Of a stretch of DNA of 25,587 nt, positions 9,475-19,500 are shown one piece after another; the first letter of the stretch is position 1, and each line of letters begins with the position of its first letter. Under the pieces are notes generated by a model. It was not told where the DNA came from. It saw nothing but the letters and a program-made list of their open reading frames with translations, and did not search any database. The stretch is from a virus (taxonomy: Duplodnaviria; Caudoviricetes). The DNA lies in the IMG/VR virus record IMGVR_UViG_3300017754_000922, positions 1 to 25,587 of that record; one strand, written 5' to 3'. The position numbers and the translations under genes were made by a program.

Positions 9475-9699
9475 ATGCAATTATTAGAATTATTAAAAAA
9501 ATACCAAAGACCTGTTAGAACTGTTCTTTGGACTTTATTGATTACTCTTTCATATCTTACTTGTTTATATAGTTCAAAACCTTGTCCTGATGGATTTGTA
9601 GTTGAAACTATTCTTATAGCAATGTTTATAGATATGGGTATTTATACTATAACAAGAACATTTGAAAAAACTAAAAACATAAATAACAATGACAACTAG
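9475..9699 (+). CDS. Small two-TM protein, holin candidate
   Basis: 74 aa, two hydrophobic segments (VLWTLLITLSYLTCLY; FVVETILIAMFIDMGIYTI) and a polar C-terminus (RTFEKTK). Confidence 0.55.
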   Translation: MQLLELLKKYQRPVRTVLWTLLITLSYLTCLYSSKPCPDGFVVETILIAMFIDMGIYTITRTFEKTKNINNNDN

Positions 9700-9979
9700 A
9701 GATGATATCCATAAAATTAAACAATCATTAGAGTGTGCTTGTCAAAATAATGCTGCTAATCTTGTAGTATTAGGAGATATATTAGATACTTTAGAAAGTA
9801 TTAACACTACAACTCTTAATGCTAATTGGACTAGCATTGTAGGAAACTCAATTGATTATACTTATGATGCTAATAATAATGTAACTGTTGCTGAATACTA
9901 TACTGGTGCTACACTTATATTTACTCAGACATTTACATATGATGCAAATAACAATTGTACTAATATAACTACAACGTAA
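9689..9979 (+). CDS. Small virion/fibre protein with two YD-like hairpin repeats
   Basis: YTYDANNN (9857-9880) and FTYDANNN (9932-9955), 25 aa apart. Confidence 0.55.
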   Translation: MTTRDDIHKIKQSLECACQNNAANLVVLGDILDTLESINTTTLNANWTSIVGNSIDYTYDANNNVTVAEYYTGATLIFTQTFTYDANNNCTNITTT

Positions 9980-9983
9980 TAAT

Positions 9984-11249
9984 ATGTATAGAATTAACCC
10001 CTATACTGGAAGACTAGATAATGTTGGTAGCTATCAAAATATTGGTTTTTCAGACTCCCCCAACTTTGACGCATTTAGTAGATTAAGAATTTCAAATCCT
10101 CTTACTTTATTTAATGCACAACTAACTTATGATCTTGCTCCTTTATTATTTGAACAAATAACAAATGGAACAGGTGCTGCAATTACACATGATGCAACAA
10201 ACAGATATGCAAATATGGCATTTTCATCTACCCCTACAGGTGGAAAAGCAATAATGCAATCATTTGAATATTTACCATATCAACCAGGTAAATCACAGTT
10301 GATATTTGTTACATTTAACTTTGTTGAAGGTGTTCCAAATGTTTTAAAATTTGCAGGTTACTCTGATGGTATTAATGGTGTTGAATATCAATTAAATGGT
10401 ACACAAAAACAATTTACTTTATATTCATCAACATCACAAGGTAATCTTACAATTACTCAAAATAATTGGAACTTAGATAAATTAGATGGTACAGGACCTA
10501 GTGGTGTTACACTAGCAACAGATAAAGTTCAAATATTGGTAATTGATTTACAAGCTTTGTATGCAGGTAGAGTTAGAATAGGTTTTGATATTGATGGAGT
10601 AATAATATATGCACATGAATTTTTACATGCTAATATAATTTCACCACCTTATTTAGCTTATGCAAGTTTACCTGTAAGATGTGGAATGACATCTACTGCA
10701 ACAGTAACTACATCAATGTATTTTCTTTGTTCTGTTGTAATATCAGAAGGTGGAGGAGATGATGTTAGTCAGTTTGGATTTACATTTCAACAAATGAGTG
10801 GATCAACAAATGTTTTAACATCGCTTACACATGTTTTAAGTTTAAGACCTAAGCTTACCTTTAATGGTCTTACTAATAGATCAAGGGTATCATTTATTGA
10901 TGTTGAAGTTTATAATGGAGGAAATCAACCTATAGAATGGCATCTAGTAGTTGGTCAAGCTTTAACAGGTACTACTACATTTAATGATGTTAGTACTGCT
11001 TATTCAAGTACAGAATATAATACTGCAGGAACTCTTAGTGGAGCATATGCTGTAAAAATAGATGGTGGTTGGGTTCCAGCAAGTGGTAGTGTTAAATCTG
11101 TTACAAATACAGCTATCAATTCAAGATATCCAATTACTTTAAATGCAGCAGGTGCACATAGAACATTAGGTACAATCAGTTTACTTATGACAAGTTTAAG
11201 TGGAACACAAGCATGTAGGGGAGCAATAAAATTTAGAGAAATCAGATAA
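9984..11249 (+). CDS. Fibre/receptor-binding-like beta-sandwich protein
   Basis: 421 aa. DAFSRLRISNP, YQPGKS, WNLDKLDGTGPSG and GRVRIGF motifs recalled from a widespread family of aquatic-virus structural proteins. N-terminal INPYTGRLD peptide. Confidence 0.6.
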   Translation: MYRINPYTGRLDNVGSYQNIGFSDSPNFDAFSRLRISNPLTLFNAQLTYDLAPLLFEQITNGTGAAITHDATNRYANMAFSSTPTGGKAIMQSFEYLPYQPGKSQLIFVTFNFVEGVPNVLKFAGYSDGINGVEYQLNGTQKQFTLYSSTSQGNLTITQNNWNLDKLDGTGPSGVTLATDKVQILVIDLQALYAGRVRIGFDIDGVIIYAHEFLHANIISPPYLAYASLPVRCGMTSTATVTTSMYFLCSVVISEGGGDDVSQFGFTFQQMSGSTNVLTSLTHVLSLRPKLTFNGLTNRSRVSFIDVEVYNGGNQPIEWHLVVGQALTGTTTFNDVSTAYSSTEYNTAGTLSGAYAVKIDGGWVPASGSVKSVTNTAINSRYPITLNAAGAHRTLGTISLLMTSLSGTQACRGAIKFREIR

Positions 11250-11265
11250 TTAAAATTATAACAAG

Positions 11266-11676
11266 ATGTATAAATTAAATCCTATAACTACTAAGCTTGA
11301 TTATTATGAACCAAGTAATAATTCAATAGAAATACAAGTTGCTGCAAGTGATGAAACTACAGCAATAACTGCTGGAACTGCTAAAGTAACTTTTAGGTTA
11401 CCTTGTGCTTTTACTTTAACTGAAGTAAGAGCATCATTAACTACAGCACAAACAAGTGGTAGTATTTTTACAATAGATATAAATTTAAGTGGAGCATCTG
11501 TTTTAGGTACTAAATTAACTATTGACAACACAGAAAAAACAAGTGTAACTGCTACAACTCCTGCAACATTAGTTACTACATCAATGACAGATGATGGAGA
11601 AATAACAATTGATGTTGATCAAATTGGTGATGGAACTGCAAAAGGTTTAAAAATAACTTTAATAGGTACAAGATGA
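11266..11676 (+). CDS. Small fibre-associated beta protein
   Basis: 136 aa, very Thr-rich, SDETT...FRLP...VRASL...IDVDQIG...GLK motif set. N-terminal LNPITTKLD peptide. Confidence 0.6.
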   Translation: MYKLNPITTKLDYYEPSNNSIEIQVAASDETTAITAGTAKVTFRLPCAFTLTEVRASLTTAQTSGSIFTIDINLSGASVLGTKLTIDNTEKTSVTATTPATLVTTSMTDDGEITIDVDQIGDGTAKGLKITLIGTR

Positions 11677-12464
11677 TAATTAATCCATATATATTTAGTA
11701 GTGTTAGTTATGACCCTGATGCACAAGCATTCTTTAATGCTACAGGTATAACTAATACTGTTCAAATGAATGCAGTAAATCAATTGGTAATTGATTTAAA
11801 AGGCTATAATATATGGACTAAATGTATTGCTATATATCCATATGTAGGAGGTACTGCTACAACTCATAAGTTTAATTTAGTTAATCCTTTAGATACTAAT
11901 GCGGCATTTAGGATTCTTTGGGCAGGTGGTGTTACTCATAATGCTAATGGTGTAACAGGTAATGGCACTAATGGTTATGGTGAAACTTATATACAACCAT
12001 CAACACATTTAACTCAAAACTCAACTCATATATCATTTTGGAGTAAAACAAATAGTCAAAATACAAATGCTGAAATGGGTATTCAAGATGGAGCATTAAA
12101 TGCTTCATTGAGAGTAGTAACAAGAAATGCATCTAATCAAAGTATATATTCAGTTAATGATAATACTGGTAGTGTAGCAACTTCTATTACTGATTCATCA
12201 GGATTTTGGGTTATATCAAGAACTGCATCTAATAGTAGAAAGTTATACAGAAATGGTACTTCATTATTAACTAATACAACTGTTTCAGTTGCAAGATCTA
12301 CAGCTACAATTCCAGTATTAGGGCAAAAAGGTGCTACTAATACAATGGGTGCTTACTTAGCAAAGAATCATAGTTTTGCATCTATAGGAACAGGTTTAAC
12401 TGATACTGATGTAACTAATTTAAATACAGCAGTATCAGCATTTCAAACAGCATTAGGTAGATAA
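11673..12464 (+). CDS. Fibre protein with probable LamG/ConA-like lectin fold
   Basis: ATGA overlap with the upstream gene. DPDAQAF...LVIDLK...W...AIYP.VGG N-terminal part, then a beta domain with KLYRNG. Confidence 0.6.
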   Translation: MIINPYIFSSVSYDPDAQAFFNATGITNTVQMNAVNQLVIDLKGYNIWTKCIAIYPYVGGTATTHKFNLVNPLDTNAAFRILWAGGVTHNANGVTGNGTNGYGETYIQPSTHLTQNSTHISFWSKTNSQNTNAEMGIQDGALNASLRVVTRNASNQSIYSVNDNTGSVATSITDSSGFWVISRTASNSRKLYRNGTSLLTNTTVSVARSTATIPVLGQKGATNTMGAYLAKNHSFASIGTGLTDTDVTNLNTAVSAFQTALGR

Positions 12465-12474
12465 AAATATTATT

Positions 12475-12675
12475 ATGATAGAAGTAGGTTTATTAACAGA
12501 TTTACAAAAAGATGATTTAGTAGGACAATGGTATGCACCTGATTCCTACTTTAATCCTATTCAAGATTTTAATGATGATTGGGTTATTTCTACAGAAGAA
12601 ATTGACCAATGTATAAATCCTGATTTTTTGTGGGTAAAGAATTTACCCCTAATTGAATATATCCCTAAAGAATAA
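12475..12675 (+). CDS. Small acidic protein, possible fibre assembly partner/chaperone
   Basis: 66 aa, VGLLT..QKD...FNPIQD.ND.W.IS..E...WVK.LPLI, directly after the lectin-like gene. Confidence 0.55.
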   Translation: MIEVGLLTDLQKDDLVGQWYAPDSYFNPIQDFNDDWVISTEEIDQCINPDFLWVKNLPLIEYIPKE

Positions 12676-12677
12676 AA

Positions 12678-13535
12678 ATGAAAATATTCAGACCCCAATT
12701 TACAATTAAATCAGAGTCAGAAAAAGAAAAGATACAAAGAGAGTTAGATGAGATAAGACAAAGGTTATCAAATAAGATTAACACTAAAATGCAAAAGTGG
12801 TTAGTGTTATCTGACATTCACAGACCTTTCCATAATCAAGTATTATGGTCTAAGGTTTTACAGTTAATTAAAGATTTAGGTAGTTCACTATATGGAGTTA
12901 TACTAGCAGGAGATTACCTTGACCTATACACACTTGGCAGTTATAATGCAGAATCACTTGCTAATTTGTCAGGCCTTACATTACAAGATGAATACATAGA
13001 TGGATTACAAGGTATTGATGAATTAAATTCAGTACTACATAAAGATGCTAAGAAGTTATTTTTATTTGGTAATCATGAGGATAGATATTTCAGACATGTA
13101 AAAGAAAAGGATAATGCCAAATATGGTGGAGCATTATTAAATCCTATTGAAGCATTGTACTTACATGAACATAACTGGGAAGTTAAAACAGATTGGCAAT
13201 CAGATTACTTTACTCTTGGTAAACATTTAGATGTAATACATGGAGTATATACTAGTATCAATGCAGCTAAAGCACATCTTGATAAAACTCAACATTCAGT
13301 AATGTTTGGCCACACACATAGAGTACAATGTTTTCATACTGGAAACAAAGCTGCTTATAATATTGGTGGATTATATGACATTAAGAGTAAAGGATTTTCA
13401 TATATGCCTAGGTTACAAAGAGAAACATGGGCAAATGGATTTGCTATTGTAAATATAAATGATGATGGAGAGTTTTATGTAGAACAGGTAAATGTATGGA
13501 AGGATAAATTTTTTGCAGATAGTAAAATGTATTAA
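12678..13535 (+). CDS. Calcineurin-like metallophosphoesterase
   Basis: Complete motif set: SDIH, GDYLD, GNHEDR, HG, GHTH. Confidence 0.9.
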   Translation: MKIFRPQFTIKSESEKEKIQRELDEIRQRLSNKINTKMQKWLVLSDIHRPFHNQVLWSKVLQLIKDLGSSLYGVILAGDYLDLYTLGSYNAESLANLSGLTLQDEYIDGLQGIDELNSVLHKDAKKLFLFGNHEDRYFRHVKEKDNAKYGGALLNPIEALYLHEHNWEVKTDWQSDYFTLGKHLDVIHGVYTSINAAKAHLDKTQHSVMFGHTHRVQCFHTGNKAAYNIGGLYDIKSKGFSYMPRLQRETWANGFAIVNINDDGEFYVEQVNVWKDKFFADSKMY

Positions 13536-13577
13536 AACTATTTGTTGATTAAGTGATAATTTTTTAAGATATTTGTT

Positions 13578-14321
13578 ATGAAAAAACAAATATCTTTTTA
13601 TATGAATAAAGTAGAAGTTCTTTTAATCAATATTGATGAAGCTTTTCATGATTTACAATTTGAACCTGAAAGGCATATATACAGAATAGGTAATAAAACA
13701 TTACCTTCAGTATCATCAATGATTAAAAAACATGTAGAACCTTTTGATGAAATATATTGGGCAAACAAAGTTGCCAATAAAAGAAAATGTTCTGTAGCAG
13801 AAGTATTAAAAGAGTGGGAAGATAAGAGAAATAAATCTACAACTAATGGGACTAGTGTTCACTTATTTGCAGAAAAATGGTGGGAAGATAAAACTAAAGT
13901 TGCTACAACAATACAAGAACAAGGGTTAGAAAAATTCCTAAAGTATATAACAGAAGAAAAAGGATATGAATTAGTTTGTACTGAAATACAAATGTATTCT
14001 AAAATATATAACTATGCAGGTACTTGTGATTTATTAGTTTATGATCCTATAAATGACAAAGTTATCTTATTAGATTACAAAACAAATTTTGAATTAGATA
14101 AACAATATAATTATTTATTAGAACCATTTAATTACTTACCTGATACTCAATCAAATAAATATCAAATACAGTTGAGTTATTATCAGATAATGTTAGAAGA
14201 AGCAGGAATAAAAGTAGATGAGAGATATGTAGTTTGGTTAAAACATAATGGTGAATATGAAATGAGGTATTGTAATGATTTTACTGATACACTTAAAAAC
14301 TATTTAAATGAAAATAATTGA
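13578..14321 (+). CDS. PD-(D/E)XK nuclease (RecB/Cas4/lambda-exonuclease-like superfamily)
   Basis: LPSVS, GTSVH, E...AGTCDLL...LLDYKT and YQIQLSYY motifs. The start could be ATG13602. Confidence 0.85.
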   Translation: MKKQISFYMNKVEVLLINIDEAFHDLQFEPERHIYRIGNKTLPSVSSMIKKHVEPFDEIYWANKVANKRKCSVAEVLKEWEDKRNKSTTNGTSVHLFAEKWWEDKTKVATTIQEQGLEKFLKYITEEKGYELVCTEIQMYSKIYNYAGTCDLLVYDPINDKVILLDYKTNFELDKQYNYLLEPFNYLPDTQSNKYQIQLSYYQIMLEEAGIKVDERYVVWLKHNGEYEMRYCNDFTDTLKNYLNENN

Positions 14322-15003
14322 AGCTATACAAAGAGTGCAATCTCTATACTCTAAAGGTGTTGCTGCTGATGATAGAAGATTAACTAATAGACATATTTAC
14401 AGTAAACTAAGAACTGTAAGATCTAGATTGTTATATGAAAAAATAAATAAAAGACAATATATATCAAGTGTAAATTATCAGGTGTTAGGTTGTGTAGAGT
14501 TAGTTAAGGCACCATTATCTGAGTGCCCTTGTCTTCCACCTTTAGGATGCTGTATATATAAAACTAAACAACCTCTTCCTACTCCAATTAGTGGGATTAA
14601 TGGACACATTATTAGAAGTGTTACATCTTTAGATGGTAATATAGTTTATTCTGAAATTACATGGCAGGATAAGAAGTATAAGCAATATGATAAATATACT
14701 GCTACAAAACCTGACTATTTTATTTCTAATGAGTATTTGTATGTAACTGCAAAAAATGAAACTGAAGTTATCAGAATTGAGTTATTGTTAGATGATCCTT
14801 TAGAAGCTTATTCATTTCCTTCTTATTGTCCTGTAGTACAACAAGATTGTACTTCACTATATGAGAGAGAATTTAACTTGGATAACTCTATGATTGATGC
14901 TTTACTTGAACTTACAGTACAATCATTGTTAGTACCATTTAATGCAGGTGTAGAAGATTCATCTAATAATGCTAAGGATAATCTAGAGAATACAACTAAA
15001 TAA
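14308..15003 (+). CDS. Tail ring protein
   Basis: 231 aa with an N-terminal helix and DD..L..R.I motif, Q.L.CVEL, CPC...GC and YFI.NEYLY. Position before the HU/IHF-like gene fits the crAss layout. Confidence 0.65.
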   Translation: MKIIEAIQRVQSLYSKGVAADDRRLTNRHIYSKLRTVRSRLLYEKINKRQYISSVNYQVLGCVELVKAPLSECPCLPPLGCCIYKTKQPLPTPISGINGHIIRSVTSLDGNIVYSEITWQDKKYKQYDKYTATKPDYFISNEYLYVTAKNETEVIRIELLLDDPLEAYSFPSYCPVVQQDCTSLYEREFNLDNSMIDALLELTVQSLLVPFNAGVEDSSNNAKDNLENTTK

Positions 15004-15009
15004 TAGAAT

Positions 15010-15537
15010 ATGAGTAAAGGAAAGAAATTAGAAACATTTATCACAGCATATAAGAATTATAGAAAGAATAATAAAGCAGTAACAAGAAAAGAATACTTAG
15101 ATATAGTTAATGGATTTGCTGAGTTTTTAATGGATTGTATATTGAATGCAGAAACAGTATATCTTCCAGAGAAGTTAGGAGTAATACAAGTTATAGGTAA
15201 AAAACTACAACCTAAAGTTACTGATGATGGAATACAAGGATTAAGTATAAACTGGGGAGCTACTGTTAAACTGTGGAAAACATGTGAACCTTGTAAGGAT
15301 AAGCAACAAAAGGTATATTATTTTAATGAGCATAGTGATGGAATAAGGTATAGATTTATGTGGTCAAGGACTGCTATGTTGATGACAAACAAGTATTTAT
15401 ACACTTATGTTCCTAATAGAAGAAGTAAATATAAGTTACATGAAAAGGTAAATGAGGGTAAAGAGTATCAGTTATTAGAAGGAAGATATGCTCCATTTAC
15501 TAAGTCAAAAAATAAAATTAAAAATACAGAGATATGA
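15010..15537 (+). CDS. HU/IHF-like DNA-binding protein (crAss-like IHF homolog)
   Basis: Basic 175 aa protein. Helix followed by VYLPEKLGVIQV (HU/IHF strand motif), INWGAT, YYFNEHSDG..YRF.W. Conserved position upstream of the tail tubular gene. Confidence 0.75.
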   Translation: MSKGKKLETFITAYKNYRKNNKAVTRKEYLDIVNGFAEFLMDCILNAETVYLPEKLGVIQVIGKKLQPKVTDDGIQGLSINWGATVKLWKTCEPCKDKQQKVYYFNEHSDGIRYRFMWSRTAMLMTNKYLYTYVPNRRSKYKLHEKVNEGKEYQLLEGRYAPFTKSKNKIKNTEI

Positions 15538-16538
15538 GTAATGAAGTTACACCTTATGTATCTATAAATAGAATCTTAGGAAAACTAAGAAGAGATTATG
15601 GTACTGTACAAAATATAAGTGAATCTGATATGATAGAGTGGGCAGCAGAAGCTTTAGAAGCTATTGGTGCCATTACTCTTTATGAGGAAGCTGTTGCTTT
15701 TATTGAAGTTAGAAATCATCAGGCAGAGTTACCTAATGGACTTCATGCTATTGTTCAGATAGCTAGAAATACTTGTTGGGATGATGTTACAGGATGTGGT
15801 GCTTGCCCTTCAGATGTAATTCAGTCTGCTATTGAAAGTAATCAAACTACTTCTCAAAATACTACTCCTATTCCTGTTGCACTTAACTGTGATGGTGAAC
15901 CTATAGATGCTTATGAGTTAGCATACTATAGACCTTACTATGATATGAGAAATGAAACAGGATACTACTCTAACTCTTATCTTTTTAATAATTGTTTTTC
16001 AGTAGTGAGGTTATCTAATCATTCATTTTTTAATTCATTGGTATGTCAACATCCTGAAGGAGAAAAACTTTACTCTGAAGGATCAGGTATGTTTAATGAA
16101 TACACTATTATAAATGGAGATACTTTAAGATTAAGTTTTGAAAAAGGACAAGTAGCAGTATCTTATGTTAGAGTACAAGTTGATGATGATGGTTATCCTA
16201 TGATGCCTGACCATTATTCTTATACTACTGCAGTAACCAAGTATATTATATATAAATTAATGGAAAGAGAGTTTTATGCTAACAGAGAAGGGGCAGTATC
16301 TAAGTTACAAAAAGCAGAACAAGACTGGCATTGGTATTGTAAACAAGCTCGTAATAGAGCTATGATGCCTAAAGGTGTTGACCAATGGCAAAACATTCTT
16401 GAACAAAGACAATACTTGTTACCAAGAAATACAAGATACTATGGATACTTTGGTAAAATGTCAAGACCTGAATCTCGTAAATTTGATGATCCAGATTTCA
16501 GAAACTATTTCAGAGGTTATTATAACAGATATATATAA
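15534..16538 (+). CDS. Tail tubular / first ring protein (P22 gp4-like position)
   Basis: ATGA overlap. DMIEWAAEALE.I, AELP, G.V..SY...VDDDGYPM.PD and W..YC.QA motifs. Directly upstream of the tail stabilisation gene. Confidence 0.75.
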   Translation: MSNEVTPYVSINRILGKLRRDYGTVQNISESDMIEWAAEALEAIGAITLYEEAVAFIEVRNHQAELPNGLHAIVQIARNTCWDDVTGCGACPSDVIQSAIESNQTTSQNTTPIPVALNCDGEPIDAYELAYYRPYYDMRNETGYYSNSYLFNNCFSVVRLSNHSFFNSLVCQHPEGEKLYSEGSGMFNEYTIINGDTLRLSFEKGQVAVSYVRVQVDDDGYPMMPDHYSYTTAVTKYIIYKLMEREFYANREGAVSKLQKAEQDWHWYCKQARNRAMMPKGVDQWQNILEQRQYLLPRNTRYYGYFGKMSRPESRKFDDPDFRNYFRGYYNRYI

Positions 16539-19500
16539 TGGATAAAAATACAAATAGACCACATAAGGGTATGCTACAGGATAACAATCCTGTAGATCAA
16601 CCCAAAGAAAGTTATAGATATGCACTTAATGCTGTCAATGAAACTAATGATGGTAATAGAACTCTTTTATCTAATGAAAAGAGTAATGAGTTATGCTGGT
16701 CATTACCTGCTGGGTATTTACCTATTGGTCAAGTATATACTGTAAATAATGAAGTAGTAATATTTTCTACTGATGGTATTGATAGTGAAATAGGTATAGT
16801 TAGAGATTGTATTTATGAATCTATAGTTAGTTCTTCATGTTTTAACTTTACTGTTCAATATCAGATAGATGCTATATACAGACTTAGAAATGGTTGTGAA
16901 AGAGTAATTTATTTTACTGATGGATATAATCCTGTAAGACAAATAAATTTAGACAAGTTAAGCTTTTATTATACTGATGCTTATAAAGCATGGTTAGAAA
17001 ATCCTGTAGGGCCTTGGGTTGGAGAAAAATATAATTGTGATTTATTTGCAATTATTCCTCCTTATCAGATACCATGTTTTTCTGAAGCTCAAGTTATAAA
17101 TGGAGGTAAATTATTATCAGGTTCATATAACTTTGCTATACAATATTTAGATTCTGATTTTAATCCTACTCCTTGGATTACTGTATCTAGACCTATAAAT
17201 ATTTATACTGATAGTATTAATATAGGATATTTAAACATTGATGGTTCATCAAATATAGAATCTGATGCTTTAGGTGGAACTGCTATTCCATCTAATAAAG
17301 CTATACAATTAACTCTTACTAATCTTGATGAAAACTTTACCTATTATAGAATAGCAGCAATTCAAGCTACATCATTTAATGGAACAGTTACTTCTGTTAT
17401 TGCATCTGATACAGTACCAATAAGTCAAATTACATTTATATTTGATGGTAACCCCTCATCTTATACTGAAATATCAATTAATGATATTTATCCTAGTAGA
17501 TTAAATCTTGAATATGCTCAACATATAGAACAATTAGAGAATAGATTAATCTTAGCTAACACTAAAGGTAAACAAGTAAACTTTTGTGAATTTCAAAAAT
17601 ATGCTTCTAAGATTGCATCCCATTATATTATTAAAGATGTAGAAGATACTAATGTAAGAGCTGAAGGTAATCCTAAAAATCCATTATCACCTTTTGAATG
17701 TGTAGGATTTATGGGTGGTGAAGTATATGCTTTTGGTATAGTATATGTTTTTAAAGATGGATTTGAATCTCCTGCATATCATATTCCTGGACCACCAGTA
17801 AATAAAAGATGGGATTGGAATACTAATACTTGTAAAGATGTAGTTACTGATTATGGTAAATTACGTGATAATAGAGATATTACTTCTTGGAATACAAATA
17901 TAGAACATATTGTTCCTCAATCATTAGCAGGATTATATGATGCAGGAGCAATTTTACCTTATGTACAAAGATGGAGAGTAAATGAAACTGCTATTGCAAC
18001 AAGTCCTGGTGTTGAAGGACATATGGCATTTTGGGAATGTTCTACTTCTATGTATGATAAAAGAGAATCTTGTTTAGATGAAGATTATTGGGGAGTAGAT
18101 TTTTGTGGTGACCCATTAGAAGGTACTAAAGTTAGACATCATAGATTTCCATCAAGAACTTTAGAACCTCATGTAAATAATAATGGAGGTATTAATACTT
18201 TTTATAATATTGTAGCTAAGGTTAAACTTATAAGTGGACCATGGCCAGATCCAGGAAATCCTGTAGATTTATATACTGATTATCTTTTAAATGCAATACC
18301 TCAAACTACTGTAATATCTCCTATTAATGAATCAGATTTAGATCCTACTACTTTAGAATATACATTTACTGTAGCAACAGAGCTTGCAAATGCTCCTATG
18401 TTAATAACTAATATTGTTTGTAATCTTGATCCAGCAAGTCTTTGTGTTGCATATTCTTCTAATTTTGAAGTAACATATACAGTAGAGTTTGCATATCAAA
18501 CTTCTTATAATTATTCATCATTAAAATTATTAGGTGTACAATTTGACAATATAGAGTACCCTCATCCTGATATTGTAGGACATTACTTTGTTAGAGCTGA
18601 AAGAGATGAATTTAATAGAACAATATTAGATTCAGCTATAGGAAATAAAATGAGAGAAGTAAATACTGATTCTTTTAACTATATTACTTTCTCTTATTTT
18701 ACTCAAGAAAATACTGATGGGTCATATCATAATTATTTTTTTGCTCCTAAGTTTATGTATCAAAGACAAGACTTATCTCCTCAATATATAAAGTCAGAAT
18801 TACTATTTGATGCTAATAGTGTAAGTTTAGGTGATATAATAGAAGATGCTGTTGGTAACTGGGTAGTAGATGTTGATACTGTAGTAGAATACAGAATCCA
18901 AAACTATAGTGGAACTAGTAATGCAGCATGTGGAAATAATCATACTCCTTTAGCTTTTATGACTTTAAATGGAGCATCTTATGATGATAATTTTACTCCA
19001 GGTAGAAGAGTTTATAATAACTCATTAGTTAATAATATTCAAGTAGGTAGATTAGGTAGCCAATTACCAATTAATCCTAGTGAACAACGTGATTTACCTT
19101 ATGTTACTTATAGAGTAGAAAGAGATGTACATTGTAATCTTGATGGTATTAAGTATTACAAGATGCATAATTGTATGATTGAAAATGAAGTTAGTCCAAG
19201 ATTATTTGCAGGAGATGTATATATAACTCAATTAAAATTATCTAATACTTTATTTAGAGAATTTTTTGATGGCCCTGAAGATATGATAGTTAATGCTTTA
19301 GGATTATTTGCAATAGCAGTTTCTACAATATTAACCTTAGTAACTTTTGGTGCTGCTACTCCATTGTTAATTGGTGTAGTAGTATTGTATAGTATAGGTA
19401 TTACTGCAATAGGTATTACTGCATTAGTACAAGCAATGAAAGAATCTGATTTAGATCAAACAGTTACAGATCCTGAATTAGATGGAATAGATACTTATTA

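Noticed and set aside
9689-9979. Rhs/YD toxin
   Set aside because: Only two YD-like hairpins in a 96-aa protein, with no Rhs core or toxin-immunity pair.
6192-12675. Diversity-generating retroelement targeting fibre genes
   Set aside because: No reverse transcriptase and no template/variable repeat pair differing at adenines was seen in the window.
12678-13535. Mre11/SbcD of an SbcCD pair
   Set aside because: No adjacent SMC/Rad50 ATPase. Only the generic phosphoesterase motifs are supported.
13578-14321. Cas4 / CRISPR system
   Set aside because: No repeat-spacer array or other cas genes were seen, and the C-terminal three-Cys Fe-S cluster motif of Cas4 is absent.
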